Source: Octopus vulgaris (taxonomy: Eukaryota). Taken from it: a stretch of DNA of 64,000 bases. The DNA lies in NCBI GenBank assembly GCA_951406725.2, contig OX597814.1, positions 45,942,001 to 46,006,000 of the forward strand. Direction: 5' to 3'. The position numbers and the translations under genes were made by a program. The notes beneath the pieces were generated by a model. The model searched no databases, was not told the DNA's origin, and was given only the letters and a program-made list of their open reading frames with translations. Below are positions 34,061 to 48,287 of the stretch, piece after piece. Numbering within the stretch: position 1 is the stretch's first letter; each line of letters opens with the position of its first letter.

Positions 34061-36949
34061 GGATCAAAATAGAAGTGTTTATATTGCAATCACTGTCAAA
34101 TAATACTTCGTATTACCTGCAAATTTTACCTTCACCTCAAAACCAAGTCGGTAATGATTTGGAAAACAGAAACTGTAGTAAAGTCTACTGTGTGTATGGA
34201 TATCTTTTATGGACATAGAATTGTAAATGATATCATCTTCATCATCACCATCTAGCTTCCATGCTGGCATAGGTTGGGTAACTTGTCTGAGGAGTTGGTG
34301 AACTTAATTATGCACTGTGTATTTTGGTAGAGTTTCTTTGTCTGAAAGCTTTTCCTAATGCCATCCACTTTACAAAGTGTACTGGGTGCTTTTTCTTGGC
34401 ACCAGCACTTATGATGATTGCCTTGTATCTAGCAAGATTAAGATATAAATATACATATTAGGAGCAGTCATAGCTGTGTGGTAAAGAAGTCTCCACATAC
34501 CTCTGCATTCAAGGGCAGTGCATAGACTCTTATGAACAAAATGCAGTAAAGCAGTGACTAGCCTATTGGAAACCATTATATAGTAATGTTATTGTTACTT
34601 ACAACCTCCCAAACTACACAAATTACTATATAAAATAAATAGACAAATCATAGGCCAGATACAATACAAAATATTGACAAGGCAATGCAGAAAATATTTG
34701 TGAAAATATGAAAAGAGTGGAAATGAACCACTTTCATCCAAGTTGATGAGACAATGCACATTTGATCTATAATAGCAATATAAATCTAATTGATAGCAGA
34801 AAATGGCATAACTTCATAACCACTGTTTTATGTATTTTAAAAATACACAAGATCCATTAAAAATACTACTACCAACTTTTTGGTGATAGGATGCCAAACT
34901 ATGAATCTAAAAATCATGAATTCAATACTTGCTATCTTGCTCTGAGGCAAATGAATTGAGTTTACATACTGAAAGTAAGCCAACTACTGTTTACCATGTA
35001 TGGTTTTGTAATATTGTCAATAAAACTAATTACCTATATTGTAACATTGACCATAAAATTAATAAATAACTTTGTAGTATTAATTATAAAACAATGTATC
35101 CTTGAACCCTTTGCCTGTCCTAAACAACCACACTTGTTTTCACGCTTTTAGTTATCCCTTGTTTTATACATTTCAGGTAATACAAAGCTTTCCTTACATA
35201 AGTTCCAAGATACTCTTCAGATGGTCAAAAAAAGATTGGGAATGTGTATGATATGCAATGCATGGACGTCAGATACACAGAACAAGAAAAGGGTTAAAAC
35301 AGAACTATGATTACATCATTTCCCTAAAAATCACTTCTAAAGGGAATAAAAACTCAAAAAAGTTAGATTGAGATGGGAAACAACTCATAAAATACCCAGT
35401 TATACCCGACAAAATGATTTTTCCGTTCTTAGTTCGACGCAGATGCTAAAACATTTGGCTGCAGTTCATTAAAATAACGATTTCTATCATTGGCAAAAAG
35501 CCAATGGTAAAATATTATAAAAGAAAAGTATAAAACAAGCCATTATCATTAACTAAGAATCATGTACTAATACTGTAGTTCTATTTGCCATAGTTGCAAG
35601 AGCCACAACTACACATAGAATAGGGATGGTGTCAGGATAAAAATGGCATGTACTTTTAAGGATGCGACTATTGTGTTTAGAGAATACAACCTAAAGTCAC
35701 TGATTCGAGGATCTGTCTTCTAAAGGACCATATTTTAATTAATAAGTCAAATAGTGATCTTTCTAATCTAAGTTATCAACATAAAATGAATTAAGAGAAT
35801 TTACCAATATAAAGAAAGTAAATGATGCCATTTAAAGGTTGATAAACCATTTAATTAAAAGCAGTAAATTAAAATACTTCAAAAACAAAATAGATAGAAT
35901 AGATAATTTTTATTTCAAACTATCCAGAAAAATGTGTTTTCTACACTAGCCCGTATAGAATTCAGTGTGCGTTGAAAGATAACACTACTTAAAATTTGAA
36001 CCAGCAACCTATAAATCTTAACTGCTTATTTGCTTATATGTGAATTTAGCATGTAACATTTCGTGTCTGAAAACTGAATTAAAAAAAGATAAGTTCTTTC
36101 TTATTAAAGTGCAAAAACTTAGAACAGGTTCTATTCGAAAATACCCCGACAACAGTTAAACCTAACTTTGCTGAAAGTGGGGAGAGAGACACAACAAAAT
36201 TTGTTTCAACACACGAATTCCCATAAAGAATTTTGCAAACCGGATACAAAAACGAAGTTAAAGCTGAGACATGTATATTAAAAAGATTTTAAAATAAATG
36301 CAAAACACAAATATGGCTTTAGCTTCCATACACAAAGGGGAAGTATTCTGAAAGGGGAAGTAACTTAGAAAATCGATAGCAGTAGTTAAGTCATCCATCT
36401 TGAATATATTAGCATTTTATTTAAAGAAACGATGTAACTCAAGAAACATGAGTAGAAAATAAATGAAAAGAAATTTATTTTATAAGATATAACCACAACA
36501 AATATATACAATATACTTATTGTTTTGGTAAAGTCAAATAGTAAGTGATACAAATAGTTAAATTCGCAAATATTAGCAATGAAGGTAGAAACATTCTAAT
36601 CACACGACTAATTTTAATATGTCGCAGCAAACAAGTATACATTTCAGATGATATACTTCAAGGATACGCGCGCGCGCGCACATATGTATACATAAATATA
36701 AATATGTGTATACATACATATAAATGTAAATATGTACATATTAGTTTTAAATCTCTGAGCGAACATATGCACACACATGTAATTATACATAAATGCAAAT
36801 AAACTGAGATGACAAAAGAATAAATAATTATCCTATGAACTTCATTGGCTTACAAATGTTTCTGCTATGAGATACAATGGACTCATAGTTGAGCTCCTGA
36901 CTATCACCATATAGCTTCATCGGAGTTTCAGCATATAAATCATTAATTC

Positions 36950-37668
36950 ATTACGTTCGTTTTCCATGTTGGCATCGGTTGGACGGTTTGACAAGGTCCA
37001 ACGAGCACCAATGTATCTTTTGGTACGGCTTCTATGGTTGGGTTGCACTTCTCAATGCCAACCACTGTACAGAGTATAGTGGATGGTGTTTTTTTTTTCG
37101 CGACAGCGGCACCGGTGGGGTTGCCAAGTAAATAGCTGAGGAGAAAAAGAAGCCCTCAACTAAGTAGGGTTGTAGTATGTCGAGTCTTGAAAAGACAAAG
37201 TATGACAGAGAGACAGGCACATGCGTCATACTATAGAAGAGATACAGAAGCTACCTTTTAAAGTAGGAGTGGATGGGGTAGCTGGAAAGAAGATAAAGAT
37301 GTTGATGGCGAGGTGTACAAGAAGGTGAGTAGTTGAGAGAATACGGAAGGGTAGCTGAAAATCAAAGATGTAGATTGTTAGACATGGGGTATAGGTTAAT
37401 GTAGTGAACGATGTACAAGAGTGAAATTGCAGTATATGAGTTCAGGGTAGAAGATAAAAGAAATAGACCAGGAAGGGGGAAGTGATAAGCTGTGGTATAG
37501 GAAGGATGGAGAGCAGCAATATAATAAACCTACAGATAGATCCGAAAATAGGGAAAGCCTGTAGAGCAGGGTTCCTCAATCGTTTTTATCTATGATCCCC
37601 TTTGATGGCTGTACAGGAACAGAGGTGAAGGCCAGGGGTACAGAAATGACTTTAGTGAGTATGGAAGG

Positions 37669-37740
<72 letters not shown>

Positions 37741-40103
37741 TCCAACTCAGTTGAGGGAGTCTTATCCTACAAGTTACTTGGTGACCTCACAAGTATCTGT
37801 GCCATGTAAAAAGCACCAAGTACACTCAGTAAAGTGGATGGCGTTAGGAAGAGCATCCCTCAGTACAACCATAAAGTGGTTGGTGTTAGAAAGGGTATCT
37901 CTGTAGAAATCACGCCAAAGACATTGGAGCTTGGTGCAGTCCTATGGCTTGCCACATCTTGTTGAACTATCCAACTCATGCCAGATGGAAAATGGAGGTT
38001 AAATGATGATATAAATATAAACATACATACATTTATACAAATACACATACTCACACATTTATACATTATGCAGGCATACATATAAATCATTTCTCAAGGA
38101 AAAGTCTGACAGTGACTTCCAAGTTTCATTTAAATTGCCCTTGTTCAACAACAACAAAAAAGGATTTGGCAACTGGGGTAGTTTATGTTAGTGCAACTTA
38201 GTGGTACAACAAGAGCAACACACACACACACTCTCTCTCATATATATATATATATATATGTTTTCACACTCACACACATCTATACACATGTCACCATCCT
38301 CACATAGATACAACCAACCATTTGTATATACAACCAGCCAGCCATCTATATGTATCATCATCATCGTTTAACGTCCGCTTTCCATGCTGGCATGGGTTGG
38401 ACGATTTGACTGAGAACTGGCGAACCAGATGGCTGCACCAGGTTCCAATCTGATGTGGGAGAGTTTCTATAGTTGGATGCCCTTACTAACGCCAACCACT
38501 CCGAGAGTGTAGTGGGTGTTTTTACGTGCCACCGGCACGAGGGACATTCAGGGTACAGGCAACGGTCACGCTCAAATGGTGTTTTTACATGCCACCTACA
38601 TACGGGCCAGTCCAGCGGCACTGGTAACGACATCGTTCGAATATTTCATCACATGCCACCGGCACAAATGACAGTGAGGTGACGCTGGTAACGATCACGC
38701 TGAAGTGGTGCTTTTTACGTGCCACCGGCACGGAAGCCAGTCAGTTGCTCTGGCAACGATCACGCTCGAAGTATGCACACTGACATTACAAATCCAGTGG
38801 AGCATACTGGCTTCATTCCATGCAAGCTTACGCATGTCCCCAGCATATATATGCTTATATAGATACGAATATATATATTTGTATATAATTACACATATAT
38901 ATGCATATATAAATATATAAACATACACATATGTATATACATACACATATGTATTTACATACACACACATATATATATGCATGTATATACACGTAAGCAT
39001 ATATATATGTATCTATATACTTACACATCATCATTGTCGTTGTTTAACGTCCGCTTTCCATGCTGGCATGGGTTGGATGATCCGAATACTGCGGGGCCAG
39101 AGGCTGCACCAGGCTCAATATCATCTGCAAAGTTTCTATAGCTGGATGCCCTCCGTAACAAAGTGCAGTCAGGCGTTTCAGGCAATGACCACACTCAAAA
39201 GTTGCTTTTCACATATATATACAAATATACAGGTGTATATATATGTGTGTGTGTGTGTGCATCATCATCATCGTTTAATGTCCGCTTACCATACTAGCAT
39301 GAGTTGGACGATTTGACTGAGGACTGACGAACCAGATGGCTGCACATGGCTCCAATCTGATCTGGCAGAGTTTCTACAGCTGGATGCCCTTCCTCATGCC
39401 AACCACTCCGAGAGTGTAGTGGATGCTTTTGCTTGCCACCAGCATGAAGGCCAGCTCGATGGCAGTGGCAATGACCTCGCTTGAATATTTTTTCATTAGC
39501 ACGGATGCCAGTCATCGAATTCGATTTCACTTGCCTCAACAGGTCTTCGCAAGCAGAGTTTAGTGTCCAATGGAGAAAAGGTACGCATGAGTGGGCTGAT
39601 TACAACCCTGGCATAGGCCACGAGGTTATGGTCTCACCTGGCTTGCCGGGTCTTCACAAGCACAGCATATTTACAAAGGTTGCTGTCACTAATCATTCCC
39701 TCGGTGAGGCCTAATGCTCGAAGGTCGTGCTTTACCATTTCATCACAGGTCTTCCTGGGTATGCTTATTCCACGGGTTCCCTCAACTGCCAGAGTGTGTC
39801 ACTTTTTCACACAGCTATCCTCATCCATTCTCGCCACATGACCATACCAGCACAGTCGTCTCTCTTGCACACCTTCTTAGGTTCAACTTTTCTCTCAAAG
39901 TACTTACACTCTATCGAGTGCATATATATATATATTATAATAATATTAGGGAGTATATCCAAACTTAACAGGGAAAAATTAGATTTAGGATTAAAACAAA
40001 TTTCACTATAAATATAAATTAAATTAGAGATAAAATTATATTTATTTTTTGTTTTTATGTCTATCACTATTTGAGTTGCCTAATAGTGGTTTTATCTCTA
40101 ATT

Positions 40104-40135
<32 letters not shown>

Positions 40136-41400
40136 TATATATGTATATATAAACATTCATATGTGTATATGCATATATATATATATGCTATATATACATA
40201 CACAAATATGTATGTATATATATAAATATATATGCATATATATATATATGCGTGTGTGTATATAATACATACGCATATATATGTATACATATATGTACAT
40301 AGATATGCATATGTCTATGTACATAGATATGCATATGTACATATATAGGCATATACATATGTACATATATAGACATATACATATATACATAGACATACAT
40401 ATGTACATATATAGACATATACATATGTACATATATAGACATATACATATGTACACATATAGACATATATATACATATACATACATACACACACAAATAT
40501 ATATACATAAATATACACACAGGTATATATACACACACACACACATATACATATACATAAACATATATATATACATACAAACATACAGATATGTACATGC
40601 ATATACACACACATGTACATCATTATTATCGTTTAATGTCTGTTTTCCATGCTAGCACAGGATGGATGGTTCGACCGGGGTCTGGTAAGCCAGGAGACTG
40701 CACCAAGCTCCAGTCTGATCTTGCAGTCTTACTACAGCTGGATGCCCTTCCTATCACCAACCACTCCTTAATTGTAGTAGCTGCATTTTGCGTGCCATCG
40801 GCACAGGGACTGGAGGAGGCAGGCAATGGCCATGATCAGCTACTGTTTTTTACGTGTCAACCAAGGCAGCGCTGGCATCAGCCAACACAACTACATTTTT
40901 CATTTGATTTTTATGCTGATGTACTTGACTCAATCAGTCTCTTCAAGCACAGGTCACCCCACCATCCAAAGTAAGCACAGCAGGCCGTCCTGCAATCCAG
41001 GGTACATTGAATGGGCTGGTTGTGTGAAAATGGTGTAGGATATAGCCATGAACTCACTTCATTTGTTGGGTCTTTGCAGTCACAGAACATCTCCAGAGGT
41101 CTCGATCTTCCATCATTGCCTATGAGGCTCAATGTTCAAAGGTCATGCTTCCCCACCTCATCCCATATCTTCCCGGGTCTACCTCTACCCAGGATTCCTT
41201 CAACAGTCTGGGAGTGGCAGTTCTTCACACATCTCTCCTCATCCATCCGTAGAACATGACCACACCAGCGCAAATGTCACTCTTGCATGCCACATCCGAT
41301 GCTTCTTATGTCCAACATTTCTCTCAGGGTGCTTACACTCTGACGTATGTGCACACTGACTTTACACATTCAGCGGATCATGTTGGCTTCAGGCACATAT
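36950..41400 (-). mobile_element. Nested cluster of RTE-tailed SINE copies and RTE 3' fragments separated by TA/CA microsatellites
   Basis: Repeated catcatcgtttaacgtccgctttccatgctggcatgggttgga ends at ~38357, 39030, 39262, 40620; RTE C-terminus LRWCGHVLRMDEERCVK..GRGRPGKIWDE at ~41150-41300; similar fragment ~39720-39915; opposite-orientation copy ~37790-38010. Confidence 0.85.
40105..40620. repeat. Compound TA/CA microsatellite with a higher-order ~24-bp unit
   Basis: Runs of atatacatatgtacatatatagac. Confidence 0.9.
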
Positions 41401-41462
41401 ACACACACACACACATATATACAAATATACACACATATATATACATATATACAAATATACAT

Positions 41463-41516
<54 letters not shown>

Positions 41517-41616
41517 AGATATTTGTGTATATAAATACATATATATATATATAGATATACATATATAAATATATATATATAGATAAATAGATATACATAT
41601 ATATATGTATATATCA

Positions 41617-41899
41617 TCACGTGACCGACCAGTCCATCAGATGTAGTTACACATCGCTGGTCACAATGCGTTCGCATTGTTTTAGCCTTCGAATGATGCC
41701 ACCCCGCTGGCTAAGCGAGCAGGCCAACAGAAGAAAGAGTAAGAGAAAGAGTGGTGAAAGAGTATAACAGAGATCACCACTCCCTGCCAGAGCCTCGTGG
41801 AGCTTTTACGGTGTTTTTGCTCAATAAACACTCACAATGCCCGGTCTGGGAATCGAAACCGCGAGTCCGCTGCCCTAACCACTAGGCCATTGCGCCTCC
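41617..41899 (-). mobile_element. tRNA-derived SINE, well-preserved copy (degenerate + strand relative at ~21960-22240)
   Basis: Head GGAGGCGCAATGGCCTAGTGGTTAGGGCAGCGGACTC..GGTTTCGATTCCC with A/B boxes; body shared with 21960-22240. Confidence 0.8.
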
Positions 41900-42635
41900 A
41901 CATATGTATATATACATATATAAATAGATATACACACATATATATATAGATATATACACATACACACACACATATATATATAGATATATACACATACACA
42001 CACACATATATATAGATATATACACATACACACACATATATATATATATATATACATATATCTATAAATATATACATATATCTATAAATATATACATATA
42101 TATATATATATATGTATATCCAAAAAAGAGAAAAGAACAAACAGAAGAAGAAAGAAACAATAACAACGCAAGGTAGTTTTACGTTTTGAGCAAAGTGCTT
42201 CGTGAGAAACAGTAGAAGCAGGGTGGAGGAAAAAAATCTTTAATAATCGATATGTGGTTACACTGAAAATGTACCCACATGTGGATCATTTGCAATCTTT
42301 TTCCTGCATCTCCCTGTTCTCTTGCATTCTCCTCTGTATCTTGTTTCTGACAAAGAGCTCTGCTCAAAGCATAAAACTACCTTTCCTTCCTTCACAGAAC
42401 ATCTGCTAATATTTTGCCTGTACCTTGTCCTTGTGTTATTTTTTTTCGTGTGTTTGTTGTTGTTTTGAATTTACTATTTACCACATGCTCATATAGACCC
42501 CGGCCTTCTGACTGACTTTGGAACACCTAATTTGTGGAATTCTTTCCACCATCGGTTTACATTACCCATTACCTTGTTCATTCAGAATACACCATTCCTG
42601 CACCTCAAATCATTATATGTATATATATGTATGTT

Positions 42636-42672
<37 letters not shown>

Positions 42673-42999
42673 ATGCATATATATCGATACACAGACAGAG
42701 AAATATTTGAGCATGAGTGGACAAATACATTATTTGGGCATTACAGCCAGAATGCCCTTGGCATACACATGCACGATGAGCTTCTGCAACTTTGTCTACT
42801 AAATCCTCACACAAGGGTTTTATAGGCTGCAAACTATAATACAAGGCTCCTACCCAAGTTGTTGAGCAACCACGACATTGGAAAGTTAACACCATAACCA
42901 CATAATCAAGCCTGCACCCATCTTTTGTATTTTACTTATTTCAGTTATTGGACTGCAGCCATGATGGGACACCACCATAAAGAGGTCAAACAAACTGAC

Positions 43000-43270
43000 C
43001 CCACAACATATTTTTAAAGCCTGGGGTTTATTCTATGAGTCTTTTTCTCAACTGATAAGTTATGGGCAAGTAAACAAATCAACACCACTTGTCAAGTGGT
43101 GGTAGGGGACAAACATACACAATGAGCTTCTTTCAGTTTTCTCTACCAAATCCCCTCACAAGATTTTGGTCAGCTCAGAGCCATAGCAGAAGACATTTGC
43201 CCAGGTAGCAAGCAGTGGGACTGAACCCAGAACCATGAGTTAGGAAGCAAACTTAACATAGCCATGCATG
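43000..43270 (-). mobile_element. tRNA-derived SINE remnant (relatives at ~1830-1980, 2930-3060, 44500-44590, 56045-56190)
   Basis: Shared cttctttcagttt..accaaatccactcacaag..cagtgggactgaaccc motifs, B-box-like GGTTCAGTCCC on minus. Confidence 0.65.
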
Positions 43271-46200
43271 CCCTACATACACACAAATACGTGCACATAT
43301 ACCTCCATATATATATGTACATATATAAATGTACAATGATATATGCTAATAAATGTATGTGTGTATGTGTATCTATATGAGATAGATAGATAGAGAGAGC
43401 TATATACACCCAGAGGCTTTTTTTTAACTAACCTAATCACCAAAACTCAGATTTTCAGAAGCTACTAGAATAATCCCTTGACTATTGCAGGTTTTATGTC
43501 CCAAAAGCTCCCACAGAAATAATTAAAATCTAAAAACACATAAATACCTATCGGCTGTAGCAACCTGGATATACTGAGTGCATGATGGTGAGCCACAATA
43601 TGGCGAGGTATGACTGTATACAGTATGTCACATAGTAACTTTTGATAACAGGAGTATCGAGTTTTGTGTCAGGAAATTCTTACATCTACTTTGTAATAGT
43701 GACTGAAATGAATCAATATGCTAAATAACTTTAGGGCAGTGAGCTGGCAGAATCATTACTGTGCTGGGCAAAATGCTTAGCCTAATTTCATGTCATTATG
43801 CTCTGTGTTCAACTTTACCTTTCATCCTTTTAAGGTTGATAAATAAGTACCAGCTGAGCACCAGGGTTGATTTAATCAACTTAGCATTTCCTTGAAATTG
43901 ATGGTCCTGTGCCAAAATTTGAAACCAATATGCTAAATAACTTTAGAGTATACTACCCTGATTTGATTTTTATATGTGTGTGTGTGCAAATATACATATC
44001 TATTACACTTTATACGCACATTTTTGTCCTCTTTTTCAAATAATTATGACTAGCCATCTTTTCTTTCTTTCTAAATTATCCAAATTCCCCAGGTCATAAA
44101 TCTTCTACTCCTAAATAAATATGAGTGTTGCCTGCTGGAGACAAAGTAGGGCAACTGTTGTGTTGATGACACTTATTGAATTTCTGATTACAAAATAGCA
44201 TGTAAATGACTGAGTATTCCACAGATATGTGTACTGTTAATGTGATTCTTACACAGAATTAGTGTAGCACATTATAACAAGCCTATATTTTCAACATCAC
44301 CACCACCTCAATTTTAACATCCACTTTTCCTTACTTGCATAGGTGTGTGAGAGTTTAATTAAGGTAGCATTAACTATAGCCAGATGCCTTTCCTGTCACC
44401 AACCATTAAGTGTTTCCAAGGTGATACTTTCTCATGGCATGACACATTTTTACAAAATAGTGGAAATGAACGATATTCATTTACAACAATCATACAATAT
44501 GAAGCCAAGAACATACAAATCTATTCACAAGGCTTTGGTTGGCCTGAGGTTACAGTAGAAGACAGTTACCCAAGTGGGATTGAACATGCATGCACCTACT
44601 ACACATGCAGACAGAGTTACATATACACATTCACACACAAGTTTTGCACGGCAAATGACCAGAAACCCCTCAATTTTCTGCAAAACAAATTAAAGTTTGT
44701 TTTGCTCAAGTTATATGTATATATAAAATCACACACACACATACAGAGAGAGAGAGAGAGAATAAAATATAAAAGTATGCATTACTTTATTTGGACAACT
44801 ACATATGTATAAACCTTAAAAGTAATGGAACTGGTGACATTTAAAATAATTTTTATACTAGATACCTTTATTTAAAAAAGAAAAAGTACTAGGTGAAAAG
44901 AAAAAGAAAATTTAGATTTTATTGTTGACTGACACAACTCACATTACGCCCCTTATTAATCTTCTAAGCTGTATAATCAATCAGAACCAAATAACATTCT
45001 AATTGAGTTTTTCATGATTAACCTACCTATTTCTTTAATCCACTTACACACTTCACATCTATTATAATCATAGTAATTTTCATTGGTCATATGCTTTTCA
45101 CTATAAGTGTTTTTAACACTACTGGAAAAGTATCATAGAAAAGTGACCTTTTCAAAAGAGCACTGGATAGTTTCTTCAGAAAAAGACTAAATAAACCAAA
45201 ATTTAAAAAGAATGTGTGTTCTTTTCGAAATAGAATTATCAGGAAGATATAACACTTGGCTTTTATAATATTTAACATTTACTTTTACTGCTGTAGTTTA
45301 AATAAGTCCATATAATCTTCATCCAGCTATCCATCTATTTACAATCTATTATTAGATTAATTTGTCGCCAGCTTATCTATGCTGTCTGTATTGGCCAACT
45401 CTGGGTGTGATTGGATGTCCCTGTGGTCAAGTGATTAATTTCCCCTGGCCACTGGAACCTAGAATTTGAGCTCAGAAGATATCACATGCTATCTTTTCTG
45501 ATATCTAAAAATATAACCAGCCCACTAGCTATATGCTTCTTTATTAATCCCCCAAAAGACTAAAGGCAAAGTTGACCATGGATAGCTTTAACTCAAAGCA
45601 TAAAGAGATAGAATTTCTACATTCTTCTTTTTGCTCTAAACCCTTTTGATAATTAATGGTTGGGAACTATAATATTAAATGGCTCATGAAAAAAGTCTAT
45701 AAATGCAAAATATAGTAAACTATTTTCTGTCTTTGTAAAGAGAGTGCTCAAATATTTCAGTACTCTGTTACCACAAATACATATGGGAAGCCATAATCCA
45801 AATTTAATTCCAAGTTACCTCAGAACAAGTGAAACATTTTCATAAGCATATGGATATATATGAATTGAGAAGATGCTGCTCAGTAGCAGGAAATGAAGTG
45901 TAATATTGAGAGAGAGGGAGAGAGAGTGAGTTTCACACACTAATCAGTTGAGATCCCCACCTGCACAAATGAAGAAGTGTAGTCAATGTTGCCACTAACA
46001 CATGATGCACAAAATTCAAGAGCATGACAAAACGATCTTTTTTTTTTTATAACCTATCTATTTTACAAGATTTTTGGCTACAATTGATTGCCATTCTTAG
46101 TAAACTCTCTCCTGCTGAACCACATAGATTGGAAGTAGTGAATCGAAATATAGGCCACTCTGTTGAACAGAACAGACTCAAGATTGCATGGAAAAGCTAC

Positions 46201-47804
46201 AATAAAGTGGTTCAATAAAGCTTTAATGAGCCAAATAATGATTATCTTCTTAAGCCAAACAACACTGTTTTATAATTGCTCCCTTGTCGAAAACAAACTC
46301 CTCTTTAAAGCTCTCAATTTTAACGTGAGTCAAGTCACGAAAGAAACATTCAATACCAATACCTCTTTGATGTCTTTATCTCAAAATACTAATATATTTT
46401 ATTCTTTCTTCAACACATATATAACTTCATATTTTAGTATAAGCTAAAACAAAAACGCACCAGCATTCCTAAAATACACAACACAAAAGCCCATTAATAG
46501 TATACGAGCATAATCAAATACATAAATTTTCCTCAATTCTGCTTAATCAAAATTAGGTGCTAATATATATTGGCTTTTATACTACATTCCTAATGATTAA
46601 CATTATTGGTGGATACTTTCTGAAATCAACTGACCAAACAGCAACAATCAAACATATGGAATAAAAGAAACCAATAATGAGGTAAACATTTAATACTGAT
46701 ATAGTTGATGTTTTAAAAGACAAAATATAGTTTTTAGTATTAGATTCAGTCTAAACCAAACTTTAAGAATCTGTCTAATGACTGAATGCTTCTTCATTAA
46801 AAAAAAATCTATAAGAAATCTAAAATATTCAACACTTAGTGTTTAATTATCGTCTCAATTTTTAAAGTATTGATAGCAGTGATTGAAATAAAGATGCTTT
46901 TGTGGACCCACTCACAATTACTAATAGCATGGATAAACAGATAATATTAATAATTATTATATATCTTCATCATCAACCTTACATTTGATTTTGTATACTG
47001 GTAAGAAATCTTTTTAGCATTTAATTCCCCGTGTACTTCACGATGCATTCAACATTTATTTGAATATTTGGAATTCAATTGTGATAGCAAAATTTTCAAT
47101 TTCATCTTTTATGAGAAAGAGCAAGAATTCCTCTTCACTCATTTATCTAACATTGGGAGGAGGGATCTTGTTGCTTTACTAGAACAAATGAGAGAGAGAG
47201 GAGAAAAAGATAAGAGAGAGGGAGGAGAGGCAGTGAGAGGTGACCCCATATTCATCATAGCAGATATGTGGCATTTATTGTGTCAATCACAGAATGTTAA
47301 ACGCCAAGATATTTTAAATTTATACCTGGAAATCATTGAGCTGATTAATAAATTACATACAACCTACTTAATCGATAAAAATAAAGCGATCTATCTTTTG
47401 AGGTTAATTAGATGAATTTGACATATTCCACGTCTTAAACATCGAGTGTAGTAACTTGAAGCTTGCATTTAATATTTCGTAAAAACGCCTTAGATATTTT
47501 TTTATGTGGTCAAGGAAATGAAAAATCTAAAACGAAGTAAACGTTATTGCATAATACCTCGCTACAAAACACTACATCGACATAATTTTATTTTCAGAAA
47601 CGAAAATTATTTAGATTTTTAAAAATTAAAATTAATGTAACAAATATCAAAATTAAATCAAGAAAAACCAAAATTATATCATTTGTAGAAGCAACAGTAC
47701 ATACAGAAAAGGAGAAAAAAAATCAATGAAGCTATCTTTAGATATCGTTTTTATCTAAATGGGAAGTTATCTAAGAGAACTTAATTCGAAGTCGTGAATT
47801 CTTT

Positions 47805-47980
47805 AGTAACTCAGCCAATGCCATAAAGCTCTCTCCATTGGTGCTTAAAACTCCATTGCTTTCTAAGCGTTGAACGTTGATTGGAAATTGATTTAAATAT
47901 ACAAACAAGGAATTAAAATGATAAAGATCAGATGTGTGAAAAGCAGTTTCCTAATCAGACAAAAAGGCGCGGGATTAAAT
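47805..47980. promoter_or_regulatory. CCAAT-box cluster with E2F-like site; candidate alternative KMT2E promoter/enhancer
   Basis: AGCCAATG ~47813, CCATTGG ~47835, TGATTGG ~47878, GGCGCGGGA ~47966 in repeat-poor, CpG-retaining DNA. Confidence 0.35.
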
Positions 47981-48253
47981 TTTATTATCAATCTATTTTA
48001 ACAGCAAGAATTTATGACGAGTTTACAAATAAATATCTTTATGAAACGGTAACAGACAGGAAGTCATCAAAATGATGTAGCTACATCCTGTGTATGAGAA
48101 AGTCACTGAAAAATAGCTATCTAAATAATTGAAATGAGAGCATAGCTAAATGAAGAAATCAAGTTTAATTTTCGTATGTACATATTAAAAGCACAAAGTC
48201 ACAGCTAAAATAGTTAAATTTTATTTTGTTTTCCAACTATATGAACCAATGTG

Positions 48254-48287
<34 letters not shown>

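Noticed and set aside
38695-42140. Many 60-150 aa ORFs rich in Y/I/C/M/V/H/T
   Set aside because: Translations of TA/CA/TG microsatellites; the same applies to 50615-50868, 57449-57955, 59641-60715 and 62585-62857
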